Shown one piece after another: positions 49,159 to 59,616 of a stretch of DNA of 64,000 nucleotides. How positions within the stretch are numbered: position 1 is the stretch's first letter; each line of letters begins with the position of its first letter. The notes beneath the pieces are model-generated. The model was not told where the DNA came from. It saw only the letters and a program-made list of their open reading frames with translations, and did no database searches. Origin of the DNA: Candidatus Omnitrophota bacterium (GTDB taxonomy: Bacteria > Omnitrophota > Gorgyraeia > Zapsychrales > JAHFFX01); NCBI GenBank assembly GCA_023247705.1, contig JAHFFY010000004.1, forward strand, positions 2,561 through 66,560. The letters are read 5' to 3'. The translations under genes were made by a program, and so were the position numbers.

Positions 49159-50481
49159 ATGAACATTTCAATTGTTGGATCAGGATATGTGGGACTGGTG
49201 ACAGGGGTATGTCTGGCTCATATCGGTCATCGGATTATTTGTGTGGATAATGATCCGGAAAAAATTAAAAGATTGAAAAGAGGGGAAATTCCGATTTTTG
49301 AGCCGGAATTGGAAGGGCTGCTCAAACGATATTTTAAACTTAAAAAACTTTCTTTTACGGTCTCGATCAAAGAGGCAACGCAAAAGACGGATGTTATTTT
49401 CATCGCGGTGGGAACTCCGTCCAAGAAAAACGGCGACGCCGATTTAACCTTTGTTGAAAATGTCGCCCGCGAGATCGCCGTGAATATGAATTCTTATAAG
49501 CTGGTCGTGGAAAAATCGACTGTTCCAACGGCGACCGGGATGCGCGTCCAGCGGACGATCGCGCTCAATCTCCCCAAAAAATTCCAATCGAATAAAAAGA
49601 AAACGATCGCGTTCGATGTCGCCTCCAATCCGGAATTCTTAAGAGAAGGGTCTGCGGTCCATGATTTCATGAATCCGGACCGTATCGTCATTGGGGTGGA
49701 ATCAAAGAAAGCGGAAGATTTATTGCGCGAGATTTATAAACCATTGAAAGCGCCGATCGTTGTGACGAACATCAATTCCGCCGAGATGATCAAGCACGCT
49801 TCGAATTCTTTTCTGGCCACGAAGATTTCATTTATCAATGCGATCGCCCAGGTCTGTGACCGGGTCGGGGCGGATGTTCTGAAGGTGGCGGAAGGGATGG
49901 GGTTTGATAAACGGATTGGACGCAATTTCCTCGATGCCGGGATCGGATATGGGGGAAGCTGCTTTCCTAAAGATGTCGATGCTTTTATCTCTTTAAGTGA
50001 ACGCAGCGGATATGATTTTGCCTTGCTTAAGGCCGTGCGGAATATCAATGAACATCAAAAAAGATCATTTGTCAGATTGATCGAAGATAAATTATGGATC
50101 ATCAAGAATAAAACCATTGGAATTCTGGGGGTCGCGTTTAAACCGAATACGGACGATATGCGCAATGCTCCATCGATCGACATCATCCAGCATTTGCAAA
50201 GCGAAGGCGCGACGATCAAGGCCTATGATCCGCAAGCGGTTGAAAAGGCCAAGCCCTGCTTACCGGGGGTACAATTTTGTAAAGATGTTTTTTCGACCGT
50301 TTCCGATTGCGATTGCCTTTTACTTTTAACGCAATGGGATGAATTCAAAAAGGTCGACTTCAAGAAAGTCAAGCAAGTGATGCGCCAAACCATCATTTTT
50401 GACGGCCGCAATTTTTTTGAAAAGGAAAAATTGGAAGCACTGGGTTTTGAATATTTTGGCATCGGCCGAGGGAAGTTATGA
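49159..50481 (+). CDS. ugd: UDP-glucose 6-dehydrogenase.
   Basis: IVGSGYVGLVTG, VGTPS and GGSCFPKD catalytic cysteine motifs. Confidence 0.85.
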   Translation: MNISIVGSGYVGLVTGVCLAHIGHRIICVDNDPEKIKRLKRGEIPIFEPELEGLLKRYFKLKKLSFTVSIKEATQKTDVIFIAVGTPSKKNGDADLTFVENVAREIAVNMNSYKLVVEKSTVPTATGMRVQRTIALNLPKKFQSNKKKTIAFDVASNPEFLREGSAVHDFMNPDRIVIGVESKKAEDLLREIYKPLKAPIVVTNINSAEMIKHASNSFLATKISFINAIAQVCDRVGADVLKVAEGMGFDKRIGRNFLDAGIGYGGSCFPKDVDAFISLSERSGYDFALLKAVRNINEHQKRSFVRLIEDKLWIIKNKTIGILGVAFKPNTDDMRNAPSIDIIQHLQSEGATIKAYDPQAVEKAKPCLPGVQFCKDVFSTVSDCDCLLLLTQWDEFKKVDFKKVKQVMRQTIIFDGRNFFEKEKLEALGFEYFGIGRGKL

Positions 50482-50927
50482 TCGCTGGCGTCAAAGTGAA
50501 AACGTTGAAAATTATCCCAGATGATCGCGGCAAATTAATGGAGATGTTGCGTTGCGATGACGAGATGTTTCAAGAGTTTGGTCAGGTTTATTTTACGACG
50601 GCATTGCCGGGGGTCGTGAAGGCCTGGCATTATCATCAGTTTCAGGCCGATAATTTTGTTTGTGTCGCCGGCCGGATCAAACTTGCACTTTATGATGCGC
50701 GGGAAACCTCAACAACCAAAGGGGAGGCTAATGAGTTTTATTTGAGTTTGAAGGAACCGAAACTCGTGCATATCCCTAAAATGGTTTATCACGGTTTCAA
50801 ATGTGTCGGCAAAGACGAAGCCATGGTGATCAATATCATCACCAAACCTTATAACTATAAAAATCCGGATGAGTTGCGAATCGATGCGGATGATAAAACC
50901 ATCGGGTTTGATTGGAGCAAAGATTAA
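50478..50927 (+). CDS. Cupin-fold NDP-sugar 3,5-epimerase or 3,4-ketoisomerase (RmlC/FdtA-like).
   Basis: 149 aa; VKAWHYHQ His-pair motif in a small cupin. Confidence 0.55.
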   Translation: MIAGVKVKTLKIIPDDRGKLMEMLRCDDEMFQEFGQVYFTTALPGVVKAWHYHQFQADNFVCVAGRIKLALYDARETSTTKGEANEFYLSLKEPKLVHIPKMVYHGFKCVGKDEAMVINIITKPYNYKNPDELRIDADDKTIGFDWSKD

Positions 50928-50930
50928 AAC

Positions 50931-51662
50931 ATGAAAGGCGTTGTGTTAGCGGGTGGATTAGGAAAAAGACTTGAACCTCTGACGAGGGTCACGAATAAAC
51001 ATCTCTTGCCGGTTTATAACCAGCCGATGATTTATTATCCGGTGAAAACTTTGATCTCGGCAGGGATCAGGGAGATCTTAATTGTCACCGGAGGGAATAA
51101 CGCCGGAGATTTTTTGCGATTGCTCGGCAACGGCGAAGATTTCGGGATCAAGGCCATTCAGTATGTTTATCAAAAGGGCGAACGAGGTATTGCCGACGCA
51201 CTGAAACTCGCCGAGAATTTTGTGGGCCGGGAGAAATTTATCGTTATCTTGGGCGATAATGTTTTGGATCAATCGATTAAACCATACGCGGATCAATTCA
51301 ACCGGCAGAACGAGGGGGCGCGCATCTTGATCAAGAAAGTCCCCAATCCGGAGCGATTCGGCGTCGTTCAACTTAAAGACAAAAAGATCATTTCGATCGT
51401 TGAAAAACCCAAACGTCCTTTATCGGATTATATTGTCACCGGCGTCTACATGTATGATCACCAAGTATTTGATTTCATCCGGCAGTTGAAACCATCGGCC
51501 CGGGGCGAGTTTGAGATTACGGATGTCAACAATATGTATCTGGAAAAGCATCAGCTTCATTATAACGTTCTTAAAGGAAGCTGGACAGACTGCGGAATTT
51601 TCGATTCCTTGTATCGGGCCAATGTGATTATGGCTAAACAGCATTTTGGTGAAAATGGTTAA
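50931..51662 (+). CDS. Sugar-1-phosphate nucleotidyltransferase (short RmlA/HddC-like).
   Basis: MKGVVLAGGLGKRLEPLT G-rich loop; 243 aa. Confidence 0.75.
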   Translation: MKGVVLAGGLGKRLEPLTRVTNKHLLPVYNQPMIYYPVKTLISAGIREILIVTGGNNAGDFLRLLGNGEDFGIKAIQYVYQKGERGIADALKLAENFVGREKFIVILGDNVLDQSIKPYADQFNRQNEGARILIKKVPNPERFGVVQLKDKKIISIVEKPKRPLSDYIVTGVYMYDHQVFDFIRQLKPSARGEFEITDVNNMYLEKHQLHYNVLKGSWTDCGIFDSLYRANVIMAKQHFGENG

Positions 51663-51687
51663 ATTTTTTGAACTTAATTAAAAATAA

Positions 51688-52650
51688 TTGAAAATGAAAA
51701 TTTTGATAACGGGCGGCGCGGGGTTTATTGGTTCGAATTTTATACGTTATATCATCAAGAAATATAGAAGTTATCAAATCATTAATCTTGATAAATTGAC
51801 CTATGCCGGGTGCAGAAATAACCTGAAAAAAGTCGCCCGGCATAAAAATTATGAATTTGTAAAAGCGGATATTTGTCATGATGGAGTTGTTGAAAAATTA
51901 ACTGCCCGGTGTGACGCGATCGTTCATTTTGCGGCGGAAACTCATGTGGACCGTTCCATCAAAGACGGTAGCGAGTTTGTCCGCACGAATGTTCTGGGAA
52001 CGCATACCCTTTTGCAGGCGGCGTTGAAAGCACGGGTGAAACGGTTTGTGCATATCAGCACGGACGAGGTTTATGGGAGCCGGATAACAGGGGCTTTTAA
52101 AGAAGACGATCCCCTGAATCCCAGCAGCCCTTATTCGGCGAGTAAAGCAGGTTCTGATCTCTTGGCGCTTTCATTTTTTGTCACGCACCATTTACCGGTG
52201 ATGGTGACACGAAGTTCGAATAATTTCGGTCCTTATCAATATCCTGAAAAAGTGATTCCGCTATTTGTGACAAATTTGATTCAGAACAAGAAGGTGCCGC
52301 TATACGCCAAAGGGGAAAACATCCGCGATTGGATTTTTGTCGAAGATCATTGCCGGGGGATTGATTTGGTTCTCCATAAGGGATCGCCGGGAGAAATTTA
52401 TAATATCGGCGGTGACAATTATTTGACGAACCTGGCTTTAACCCGAACTATTTTAAACAGGATGGGAAAAACCGAGGCCATGATCCAGCGTGTCAAAGAC
52501 CGTCCGGGTCATGACTTTCGTTATGCGATCGATTGCGCGAAGATCAAACGATTGGGGTTTTTGACACAGCAGCCTTTTGAAGAGGCCTTGGCATTGACGA
52601 TTGATTGGTATAAAAAGAATGCAAGTTGGTGGCAAAAGTTGAAGGGATAG
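51688..52650 (+). CDS. NDP-sugar 4,6-dehydratase (RmlB-like SDR).
   Basis: ITGGAGFIGSNF, YSASK catalytic YxxxK and TDEVYG. Confidence 0.8.
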   Translation: MKMKILITGGAGFIGSNFIRYIIKKYRSYQIINLDKLTYAGCRNNLKKVARHKNYEFVKADICHDGVVEKLTARCDAIVHFAAETHVDRSIKDGSEFVRTNVLGTHTLLQAALKARVKRFVHISTDEVYGSRITGAFKEDDPLNPSSPYSASKAGSDLLALSFFVTHHLPVMVTRSSNNFGPYQYPEKVIPLFVTNLIQNKKVPLYAKGENIRDWIFVEDHCRGIDLVLHKGSPGEIYNIGGDNYLTNLALTRTILNRMGKTEAMIQRVKDRPGHDFRYAIDCAKIKRLGFLTQQPFEEALALTIDWYKKNASWWQKLKG

Positions 52651-52681
52651 ATGGGCGTCATAAAAAATAAGCGAGGTTTCC

Positions 52682-53983
52682 ATGTCCAATATCTTGAGAA
52701 ATAAGATTCAGCAAAATAAAGCCAGAATTGCCGTCGTGGGGTTAGGTTATGTCGGATTGCCTCTGGCCTTGAGTTTCGCCAAAAAGGGTTTTCCGGTGAC
52801 CGGGCTGGATAAAGACACGGACCGCGTCAAGAAAGTCAATCGATGCGAAAGCTATATCCTGGATGTCTCAACCGCTGAACTGGCTTCTGCGGTCAGAAAT
52901 AAACGGTTGAGCGCTTCAACGGATTTTACAGCGCTCGGCCATATGGATGTCATCATCATTTGCGTCCCGACGCCATTGAAGCGCAAATACACCCCGGATA
53001 TTTCATATATTCTCAGCGCCGTCAAAACCATCAGGGGCTTTCTTAAGAAAAACACCCTGATCGTTCTGGAAAGCACGACCTATCCCGGTACGACGCGCGA
53101 GTTGATTAAACCGCATCTGGAATCAAGCGGTTTAAAAGCGGGCAAAGATTTTTATCTTTCGTTTTCTCCGGAACGGATCGATCCCGGGAACAAACATTAT
53201 GATGTCACCCGGATCCCGAAGGTCGTGGGAGGATTGACTCAGGTCGATGGGGAACTGACCAAATTGCTTTACGGGAAAGTCATCAAGACGGTTCATATGG
53301 TTTCTTCCGCTGAAGCGGCTGAAATGACCAAACTGCTGGAGAATTCGTTTCGGATCATCAATATCGGATGGATCAACGAAGTGGCGATGATGTGTCATAA
53401 AATGGGTATTAATGTTTGGGAAGTCATTGAAGCGGCCAAGACCAAGCCGTTTGGTTTTATGCCGTTTTATCCCGGTTTGGGTGTCGGCGGTCATTGTATT
53501 CCCGACGATCCGCTTTATTTGTACTGGAAGGCCAAACATCACGGTTTCCATTCGAAATTCATCAAACTCTCCGCTGATATCAACGCCAACATGCCGCAGT
53601 ACGCGGTTGAACGTCTGGCCGAGATTCTTAAAAGAAAAAAGAAGGGACTCACAAAATCAAAAGTTTTGGTGATTGGCGTAACCTATAAAAAAGATGTCAA
53701 GGATCTTCGTAAATCGCCTTCGCTTAAGTTAATCGAACTGCTTCAAAAGGCAAAATGCGCCGTGAGTTATTTCGATCCGATCATTCCTTATCTGAATATT
53801 GAATCGATCCATATGAAATCGATTATATTAAGCAAGGAAAACGTTTCCATGTTTGATTGTGTCATCATTGCCACCGATCATACGCGTGTTGATTATACGT
53901 TGATTTTGAAACATGCGGCATTGATCTTTGATATTCGTGACAAATATAAAAACACATTGAATGAAAAGGTCGTAAGATTGTAG
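52682..53983 (+). CDS. UDP-sugar dehydrogenase (WecC/WbpA-like, UDP-ManNAc or UDP-GlcNAc 6-dehydrogenase family).
   Basis: VVGLGYVGLPLA and GGHCIPDD catalytic cysteine motifs. Confidence 0.8.
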   Translation: MSNILRNKIQQNKARIAVVGLGYVGLPLALSFAKKGFPVTGLDKDTDRVKKVNRCESYILDVSTAELASAVRNKRLSASTDFTALGHMDVIIICVPTPLKRKYTPDISYILSAVKTIRGFLKKNTLIVLESTTYPGTTRELIKPHLESSGLKAGKDFYLSFSPERIDPGNKHYDVTRIPKVVGGLTQVDGELTKLLYGKVIKTVHMVSSAEAAEMTKLLENSFRIINIGWINEVAMMCHKMGINVWEVIEAAKTKPFGFMPFYPGLGVGGHCIPDDPLYLYWKAKHHGFHSKFIKLSADINANMPQYAVERLAEILKRKKKGLTKSKVLVIGVTYKKDVKDLRKSPSLKLIELLQKAKCAVSYFDPIIPYLNIESIHMKSIILSKENVSMFDCVIIATDHTRVDYTLILKHAALIFDIRDKYKNTLNEKVVRL

Positions 53984-54041
53984 CCAATGAACCGAATCGG
54001 CAAATTTAAAAATGTAGACAAAAATTTGGAAAGGAAATGGT

Positions 54042-54989
54042 ATGCCCCAACGTAAGAAAGTCGCGTTAATTACCGGCGGTGCTGGTTTTCTGGGCAGTCA
54101 TCTTTGCGATCAATTGATTGAAAGGGAATTTAAAGTATTGTGTGTTGATAATTTTATTACCGGCAATATAAAAAATGTTAAACATCTTTTAAAATACAAA
54201 AATTTCGAATTGATCAAACATGATATCTCAAACGAGATTAAAGTCCCCGGAAGCATTGATTACGTGTTGCATTTTGCTTCTCCCGCTAGTCCCGTCGATT
54301 ATTTGAACTATCCGATCCAAACCTTGAAAGTCGGTTCCCGCGGGACGCATCATTCTTTAGGTCTGGCGAAAATTAAAAAAGCGGTGTTCTTTTTGGCGTC
54401 GACTTCGGAGTGTTACGGCGATCCGCAAGAACATCCGCAGAAAGAAACGTATTGGGGGCATGTCAACCCGATCGGCCCGCGCGGCGTTTACGATGAGGCC
54501 AAACGTTTTGCGGAAGCCATGACCATGGCCTATCATCGGGTTCACAAAATCGATACGAAGATCATTCGGATTTTTAATACCTACGGTCCACGGATGCGCG
54601 TCAAGGACGGCCGGGTCGTTCCGAATTTTATCTATCAGGCGTTGCATCATGAACCGTTGACTGTTTTTGGAGATGGAAAACAAACGCGGTCATTTTGTTT
54701 TTATAGCGATTTGATTGATGGGATTCTTAAATTGCTTTTTTCCGGAATCCACGGCCCGGTCAATGTCGGAAACCCGGGAGAGTTTACCATCCTAGAATTC
54801 GCCCAACTGGTCATCAAACTTTCGGGGACAGAAAGTAAGATTGTCTATAATCCATTGCCTGTCGATGATCCTAAACAACGGCGGCCCGACATCACTTTGG
54901 CCCGGGAAGCATTAAACTGGGAACCCAATGTCAAGTTAGAAGATGGCTTGAAACAAACGATTGCTTGGTTTAAAGAGCATCCTCGCTGA
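54042..54989 (+). CDS. UDP-glucuronate decarboxylase (UDP-xylose synthase-like SDR).
   Basis: [12 protein letters not shown] and YDEAKRFAE YxxxK motifs; high similarity to UXS/ArnA C-terminal-type enzymes. Confidence 0.8.
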   Translation: MPQRKKVALITGGAGFLGSHLCDQLIEREFKVLCVDNFITGNIKNVKHLLKYKNFELIKHDISNEIKVPGSIDYVLHFASPASPVDYLNYPIQTLKVGSRGTHHSLGLAKIKKAVFFLASTSECYGDPQEHPQKETYWGHVNPIGPRGVYDEAKRFAEAMTMAYHRVHKIDTKIIRIFNTYGPRMRVKDGRVVPNFIYQALHHEPLTVFGDGKQTRSFCFYSDLIDGILKLLFSGIHGPVNVGNPGEFTILEFAQLVIKLSGTESKIVYNPLPVDDPKQRRPDITLAREALNWEPNVKLEDGLKQTIAWFKEHPR

Positions 54990-55011
54990 TTGCCAGAGTT
55001 CTTAATAAAAT

Positions 55012-56844
55012 ATGCCGTCCGTAAAATCAACGTTTATTTTAGGGATTTCCGCTTTTTATCATGACAGCGCCGCTTGCCTTGTCAAAGACGGCGTGATTTT
55101 CGCCGCCGCGCAGGAAGAGCGGTTTACCCGCAAAAAGCACGACGCAAATTTCCCGGTTTATTCCATTCGTTTTTGTTTGAAAGAAGCCGGCATCACCATG
55201 GACGATGTCCGGTATGTCGCTTTTTATGACAAGCCATTCTTAAAATTCGAGAGATTGTTAATGACTTATCTTGCCTATGCCCCGATGGGCATACGATCGT
55301 TTTTGAAGGCCATGCCGATGTGGTTGAAAGACAAAATATTTCTTAAAGATTTGATCGCTAAGGAACTCGATTTTAAAGGAGAGATCCTTTTTACCGAGCA
55401 TCATGAATCGCACGCGGCTTCGGCGTTTTATCCGTCGCCTTTTAAGGAGGCCGCGATCCTGACGATGGACGGCGTCGGAGAATGGGCCACGACCAGTATC
55501 GGAATCGGGACAGGAAATCAAATCGAATTATTTGCTGATATCCAGTTTCCCCATTCGCTGGGATTATTGTATTCGGCGTTTACTTATTATGTCGGATTCC
55601 GTGTGAACTCCGGAGAATACAAGTTGATGGGGCTGGCACCGTATGGCACATCGGTTTACGTTGATCTGATCAAGAAAAACCTGGTGGATATCAAGGAAGA
55701 CGGATCATTCAAACTCAATATGAAATATTTCAACTATTGCGCCGGTCTGACCATGACCAACGAATGGTTTCACGATCTTTTCGGAGGCGATCCTAGAAAA
55801 CCGGAGAGTAAAATTACTCAAAAAGATATGGACATCGCACGTTCGATCCAGGATGTGACCGAAGAGATCATGCTCAACATGGCCAAACACGTTTACAAGA
55901 CAACGGGCAAAGAGTATTTATGTCTGGCGGGCGGCGTCGCTTTGAACTGTGTCGGGAACGGAAAAATCCTCGAGCAGACCAAATTTAAGAATATCTGGAT
56001 CCAGCCGGCTGCCGGCGACGCGGGCGGGGCTTTAGGCGCGGCTTTGTTTATTTGGTACCGGTATTTAAATAATCCGAGGAAAGTAGACGGAGTGAACGAT
56101 TTGCAGCGCGGCTCGTTTCTGGGGCCGGCGTATGATGATGAATATATCGAATCTGTTTTAAACGAAAAAGGCGCTGTTTTTGAAAAGCTGGACTCCCAAT
56201 ATCTGTTTGCGCGGATCGCGAAATTAATGATTGATGAGAAAGTCGTTGGACTGGTTCAGGGGCGCATGGAATTTGGTCCGCGTGCCTTGGGCGGGCGCAG
56301 TATCCTCGCAGACGCCCGGTCCGAGAAAATGCAATCGGTCTTAAACTTGAAAATAAAATTCCGGGAATCCTTCCGTCCTTTTGCCCCGAGTGTTCTTGAA
56401 GAGAAGGCCAAAGATTTTTTTGAATTGAAAACAGAAAGCCCGTACATGCTGGTTGTGGCCCAGATGAGAGAAGAAAAAATCAATCCGGCCTCGCGGAATC
56501 ATCCCGCACAGGGCATCGATCAATTGAAGGTGATCCGCTCGGTTGTTCCGGCGATCACGCATGTCGATTATTCGGCGCGGGTCCAGACGGTGGCGAAAGA
56601 CATCAATCCCTATTTTTATGGCGTCATCAAGACCTTTTACGATTTGACCGGATGTCCGGTCATCATAAACACCTCATTTAACATCCGCGGAGAACCGATT
56701 GTCTGCAGCCCGCAGGACGCGTATCGCTGCTTTATGTGCACCGAGATGGATTATCTGGTGATCGAGCATTATCTCTTGAGCAAGGAGAAACAACTGAACA
56801 AACATTTGTACAAAAAAGAAACGATCTCCCAGGAATTGGATTAA
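55012..56844 (+). CDS. Carbamoyltransferase, NodU/CmcH family.
   Basis: LGISAFYHDSAACLV and HHESHAASAF motifs; 610 aa. Confidence 0.85.
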   Translation: MPSVKSTFILGISAFYHDSAACLVKDGVIFAAAQEERFTRKKHDANFPVYSIRFCLKEAGITMDDVRYVAFYDKPFLKFERLLMTYLAYAPMGIRSFLKAMPMWLKDKIFLKDLIAKELDFKGEILFTEHHESHAASAFYPSPFKEAAILTMDGVGEWATTSIGIGTGNQIELFADIQFPHSLGLLYSAFTYYVGFRVNSGEYKLMGLAPYGTSVYVDLIKKNLVDIKEDGSFKLNMKYFNYCAGLTMTNEWFHDLFGGDPRKPESKITQKDMDIARSIQDVTEEIMLNMAKHVYKTTGKEYLCLAGGVALNCVGNGKILEQTKFKNIWIQPAAGDAGGALGAALFIWYRYLNNPRKVDGVNDLQRGSFLGPAYDDEYIESVLNEKGAVFEKLDSQYLFARIAKLMIDEKVVGLVQGRMEFGPRALGGRSILADARSEKMQSVLNLKIKFRESFRPFAPSVLEEKAKDFFELKTESPYMLVVAQMREEKINPASRNHPAQGIDQLKVIRSVVPAITHVDYSARVQTVAKDINPYFYGVIKTFYDLTGCPVIINTSFNIRGEPIVCSPQDAYRCFMCTEMDYLVIEHYLLSKEKQLNKHLYKKETISQELD

Positions 56845-57242
56845 TGGATCAGGAACGAAAAAAACTTTTGGTGTTTGGATACGGGCTGTGCGTGATCTTG
56901 AGCATGATCAGCATCCGTTTAGGATTTAAACACGGTTTTCACCTCTCCAATTTTGTCCTCTTGGGTGTCGCCGGTTGTATTTTATTTTTGACGCTCTTTC
57001 AATTAAAATATCTGGCGGTCATTTATAAACACTGGATGAAGGTCGCGCATGTGATTGGATCAATTGTGACTGCGGTCATTTTGACGTTGACATTTTTTTG
57101 TTTGTTCGGGTCAATTGGCCTGATTTTGCGGCTCTTGAAGAAAGATCTGCTTAATCAAAAAATCGATCCGCAGGCCCAAACGTACTGGCATCTGCGGGAA
57201 ACACGCGTTTTTGACAAGACAAATTATTCCAGACAATTTTAG
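56845..57242 (+). CDS. SxtJ-like small membrane protein (carbamoyltransferase-associated).
   Basis: Three or four transmembrane helices. The ATG lies immediately after the carbamoyltransferase stop, a conserved synteny. Confidence 0.6.
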
Positions 57243-57297
57243 ACTGAGTTTTACTGGTATAACAATCGAGTCGTTTATTGAAGGAGGAGAGAACCCC

Positions 57298-57456
57298 ATG
57301 TCGAAGCTGTCGATCCTGAAAGAGTTTTGGGATTTTCTGAAAGTTAGAAAAAGATTTTGGCTGGCCCCGATTATCATTGTTCTGGTTTTGTTGAGTCTGC
57401 TGATCTTTTTCGCCCAGTCGTCCAGCATCGCTCCGTTTATTTACACGCTGTTTTAG
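57298..57456 (+). CDS. DUF5989 family small membrane protein.
   Basis: KEFWDFLKVRKRFWLAPIIIVLVLL...APFIYTLF matches the DUF5989 consensus. GGAGGAG ribosome-binding site. Confidence 0.75.
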   Translation: MSKLSILKEFWDFLKVRKRFWLAPIIIVLVLLSLLIFFAQSSSIAPFIYTLF

Positions 57457-57586
57457 TCTGAAACGCAAGACGATCATATGCCGTAGAGCGATGTTCAGGA
57501 TTTCACAAGAATCGAGTTGAACTGGGAATTATTATTGATATACTATTAGCCATATTTAGCAAATCTGATTATTAAAAACAATAATT

Positions 57587-58201
57587 ATGATGACGACCAT
57601 CACCAAAGAAGATATCCAGAGGTTCGAAAAAGAGATCGCCGATATTTTTGCCACCGGGGCGATCCGGGCGCCGGTTCATCTGCGTTCCGGCCGGGAAGAC
57701 CAGCTGATCGAGATTTTTAAAGCCATCGGGCCTGACGATTATGTGTTTGGTTATTGGGATTCCCATGAGCTGGCGTTGCTCAAGGGGGTTCCCTATGAGG
57801 TCTTGAAACAGGCGGTTGTCGACGGAAAAAGCATTTCGTTGTGCTTTCCGGAATACAAAGTTCTTTGCTCCGGGATCGCGGGAAGCCTGATGGGCGCGGC
57901 GACGGGTGTCGCGTGGGCGCTCAAGAGACAGAATAAACCCGGCAAGGCGTATCTTTTTTGCGGCGATATGTCCGCAGAGACGGGAAGTTTTCACGAAGCG
58001 GTCAAGTACGCGGTCAATTATGATTTACCGGTTAAATTTGTCGTTTGTGATAACGGGGTCAGTGTCATGACCAATACGCGGGAGGTGTGGGGGTGCAACG
58101 ACCCCTGGTTCAAGAATACCAAATACGCGGATAAAATCATTTATTTCAAATACACGAACGGTTATCCCCATTCCGGATTAGGAAAGTTGATCAAATTCTA
58201 A
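57587..58201 (+). CDS. TPP-dependent enzyme, alpha-like (TPP-binding) subunit of a split E1/transketolase-type enzyme.
   Basis: GDMSAETGSFHEAVKYAVNYDLP (GDG-like TPP motif); 204 aa. Confidence 0.6.
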   Translation: MMTTITKEDIQRFEKEIADIFATGAIRAPVHLRSGREDQLIEIFKAIGPDDYVFGYWDSHELALLKGVPYEVLKQAVVDGKSISLCFPEYKVLCSGIAGSLMGAATGVAWALKRQNKPGKAYLFCGDMSAETGSFHEAVKYAVNYDLPVKFVVCDNGVSVMTNTREVWGCNDPWFKNTKYADKIIYFKYTNGYPHSGLGKLIKF

Positions 58202-58287
58202 TGCCGCGTAACAGTTTTTTTTCAAGAGAAACGCGGCATAGTGTCGCATCCAACTGTTCAACAATTCAGAAAATGCGGTATTAAACT

Positions 58288-58824
58288 ATGAAATACTTCG
58301 ATGAAATCAAAAGAACGATGGAGTGGGTGGCCTCCCAACCCAAAACAATTTTTCTCGGCCAGACGGTCGCCGGTCCCGGGACGTTTATGTTTTCAACTTT
58401 GAAAGATATTCCGCCGGATAAAGCCCTGGAAATGCCGGTCAATGAAAGTTTTCAAATGCAGTTTTCAATCGGGTTGGCCTTGGCGGGTTATCTGCCGATC
58501 TCGGTTTATCCTCGGCAGAATTTTTTGTTGTTGGCGACGGCGGACATGGTCAATATGCTGGACAAGATCCCTGCGATCAGTTCCCATAAACTCGTTCCCA
58601 AAGTGATTGTTCGGGTCGCCAGCGGCCCTGACGCGCCGGTCCATCCCGGGCACCAGCATGTGGGGAATTACGCCGAAGGTTTTCGCAAGATGTTTAGCTG
58701 GATCGAAGTGGTGGAGCTGAATGAACCAGAAGATGTATTCCCGGCGTACAAGAAGGCGGTCGAACGGGAAGACGGAAAATCGACCCTGATGATCGAGCAT
58801 GGGAATTTTTATAATCAAAAATGA
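58288..58824 (+). CDS. TPP-dependent enzyme, beta-like (pyrimidine-binding, transketolase-type) subunit.
   Basis: NESFQMQFSIGLALAGYLP motif; 178 aa. Confidence 0.6.
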   Translation: MKYFDEIKRTMEWVASQPKTIFLGQTVAGPGTFMFSTLKDIPPDKALEMPVNESFQMQFSIGLALAGYLPISVYPRQNFLLLATADMVNMLDKIPAISSHKLVPKVIVRVASGPDAPVHPGHQHVGNYAEGFRKMFSWIEVVELNEPEDVFPAYKKAVEREDGKSTLMIEHGNFYNQK

Positions 58825-59144
58825 TTAGACCCGGAAAAAAGAAATTAACTAAAGAAGATGTCTTAAATATTTTAAAAGAAGAACAGTCATTTCTTAAAAG
58901 ACGCTATGATGTGAAGAAAATAGCCATTTTTGGATCTTTTGCCAAAGGCCGCCCGAAGGCAAAGAGTGATGTCGATATTTTTGTAGAGTTTGGTACCCCT
59001 AAAGCGCGGAATTTCTTTGGATTGATTGATTATCTTGAAAAAAGATTTGGCCGTGAGGTGGATATTTTGACCCCTGGTGCGATGCAGACAATGCGCGTTG
59101 GCCGAATAGCAGAGGATATTAAGAGGACCATGGTGGATGTCTAA
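58821..59144 (+). CDS. mntA: Nucleotidyltransferase antitoxin MntA (type VII TA).
   Basis: GSFAKGRPKAKSDVDIFV (GS-x9-13-DxD motif). Confidence 0.8.
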   Translation: MIRPGKKKLTKEDVLNILKEEQSFLKRRYDVKKIAIFGSFAKGRPKAKSDVDIFVEFGTPKARNFFGLIDYLEKRFGREVDILTPGAMQTMRVGRIAEDIKRTMVDV

Positions 59145-59496
59145 AAGAGATGACATCGACTTGTTGTATGATATTCAAGAGGCCATCAGAACAATCCTTT
59201 CCTACAGTAGCGAGTTTACTTTTAATCAATTTCTGAAAGACCGCCAAACTAAAGACGCAGTGATCCGTAATTTTGAAATTATCGGAGAAGCCTCTAAATC
59301 TGCCTCAGAAAAGTTAAAGACAAGATACAAAGATATTGAATGGAAGGAAATGGCCAGGTTTCGAGATAAATTGCTTCACCATTATTTTGGTATTGATTAC
59401 GCGTTGGTATGGGATGTGATTCGAGATATTTTGCCTTCGATGATCATTCAGATTAATGAGGCTATTCTGAAAGAAAGTAAAGGCGATAGAGCATGA
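59137..59496 (+). CDS. hepT: HepT-like (DUF86) toxin.
   Basis: RDKLLHHY R-x4-H-x-Y motif; 8-nt overlap with mntA. Confidence 0.8.
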   Translation: MSKRDDIDLLYDIQEAIRTILSYSSEFTFNQFLKDRQTKDAVIRNFEIIGEASKSASEKLKTRYKDIEWKEMARFRDKLLHHYFGIDYALVWDVIRDILPSMIIQINEAILKESKGDRA

Positions 59497-59616
59497 GGAT
59501 GGAAAGCTGTCATTATTTATGTGTTGGGGACGATATCGTTTGGGGGAATTAGAAAATCCAGCCGATGTTTTTTCCAAAATTGATACAATGACCCGCAAAG
59601 AAGACGATTCTCAGTA

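Noticed and set aside
58201-58239. A hairpin, ATGCCGCGT...ACGCGGCAT, between the two TPP-enzyme subunit genes.
   Set aside because: It is a real 9-bp inverted repeat, but it is short, lacks a following U-tract, and lies between genes that must be co-expressed. It is probably an mRNA-stability element of minor interest.
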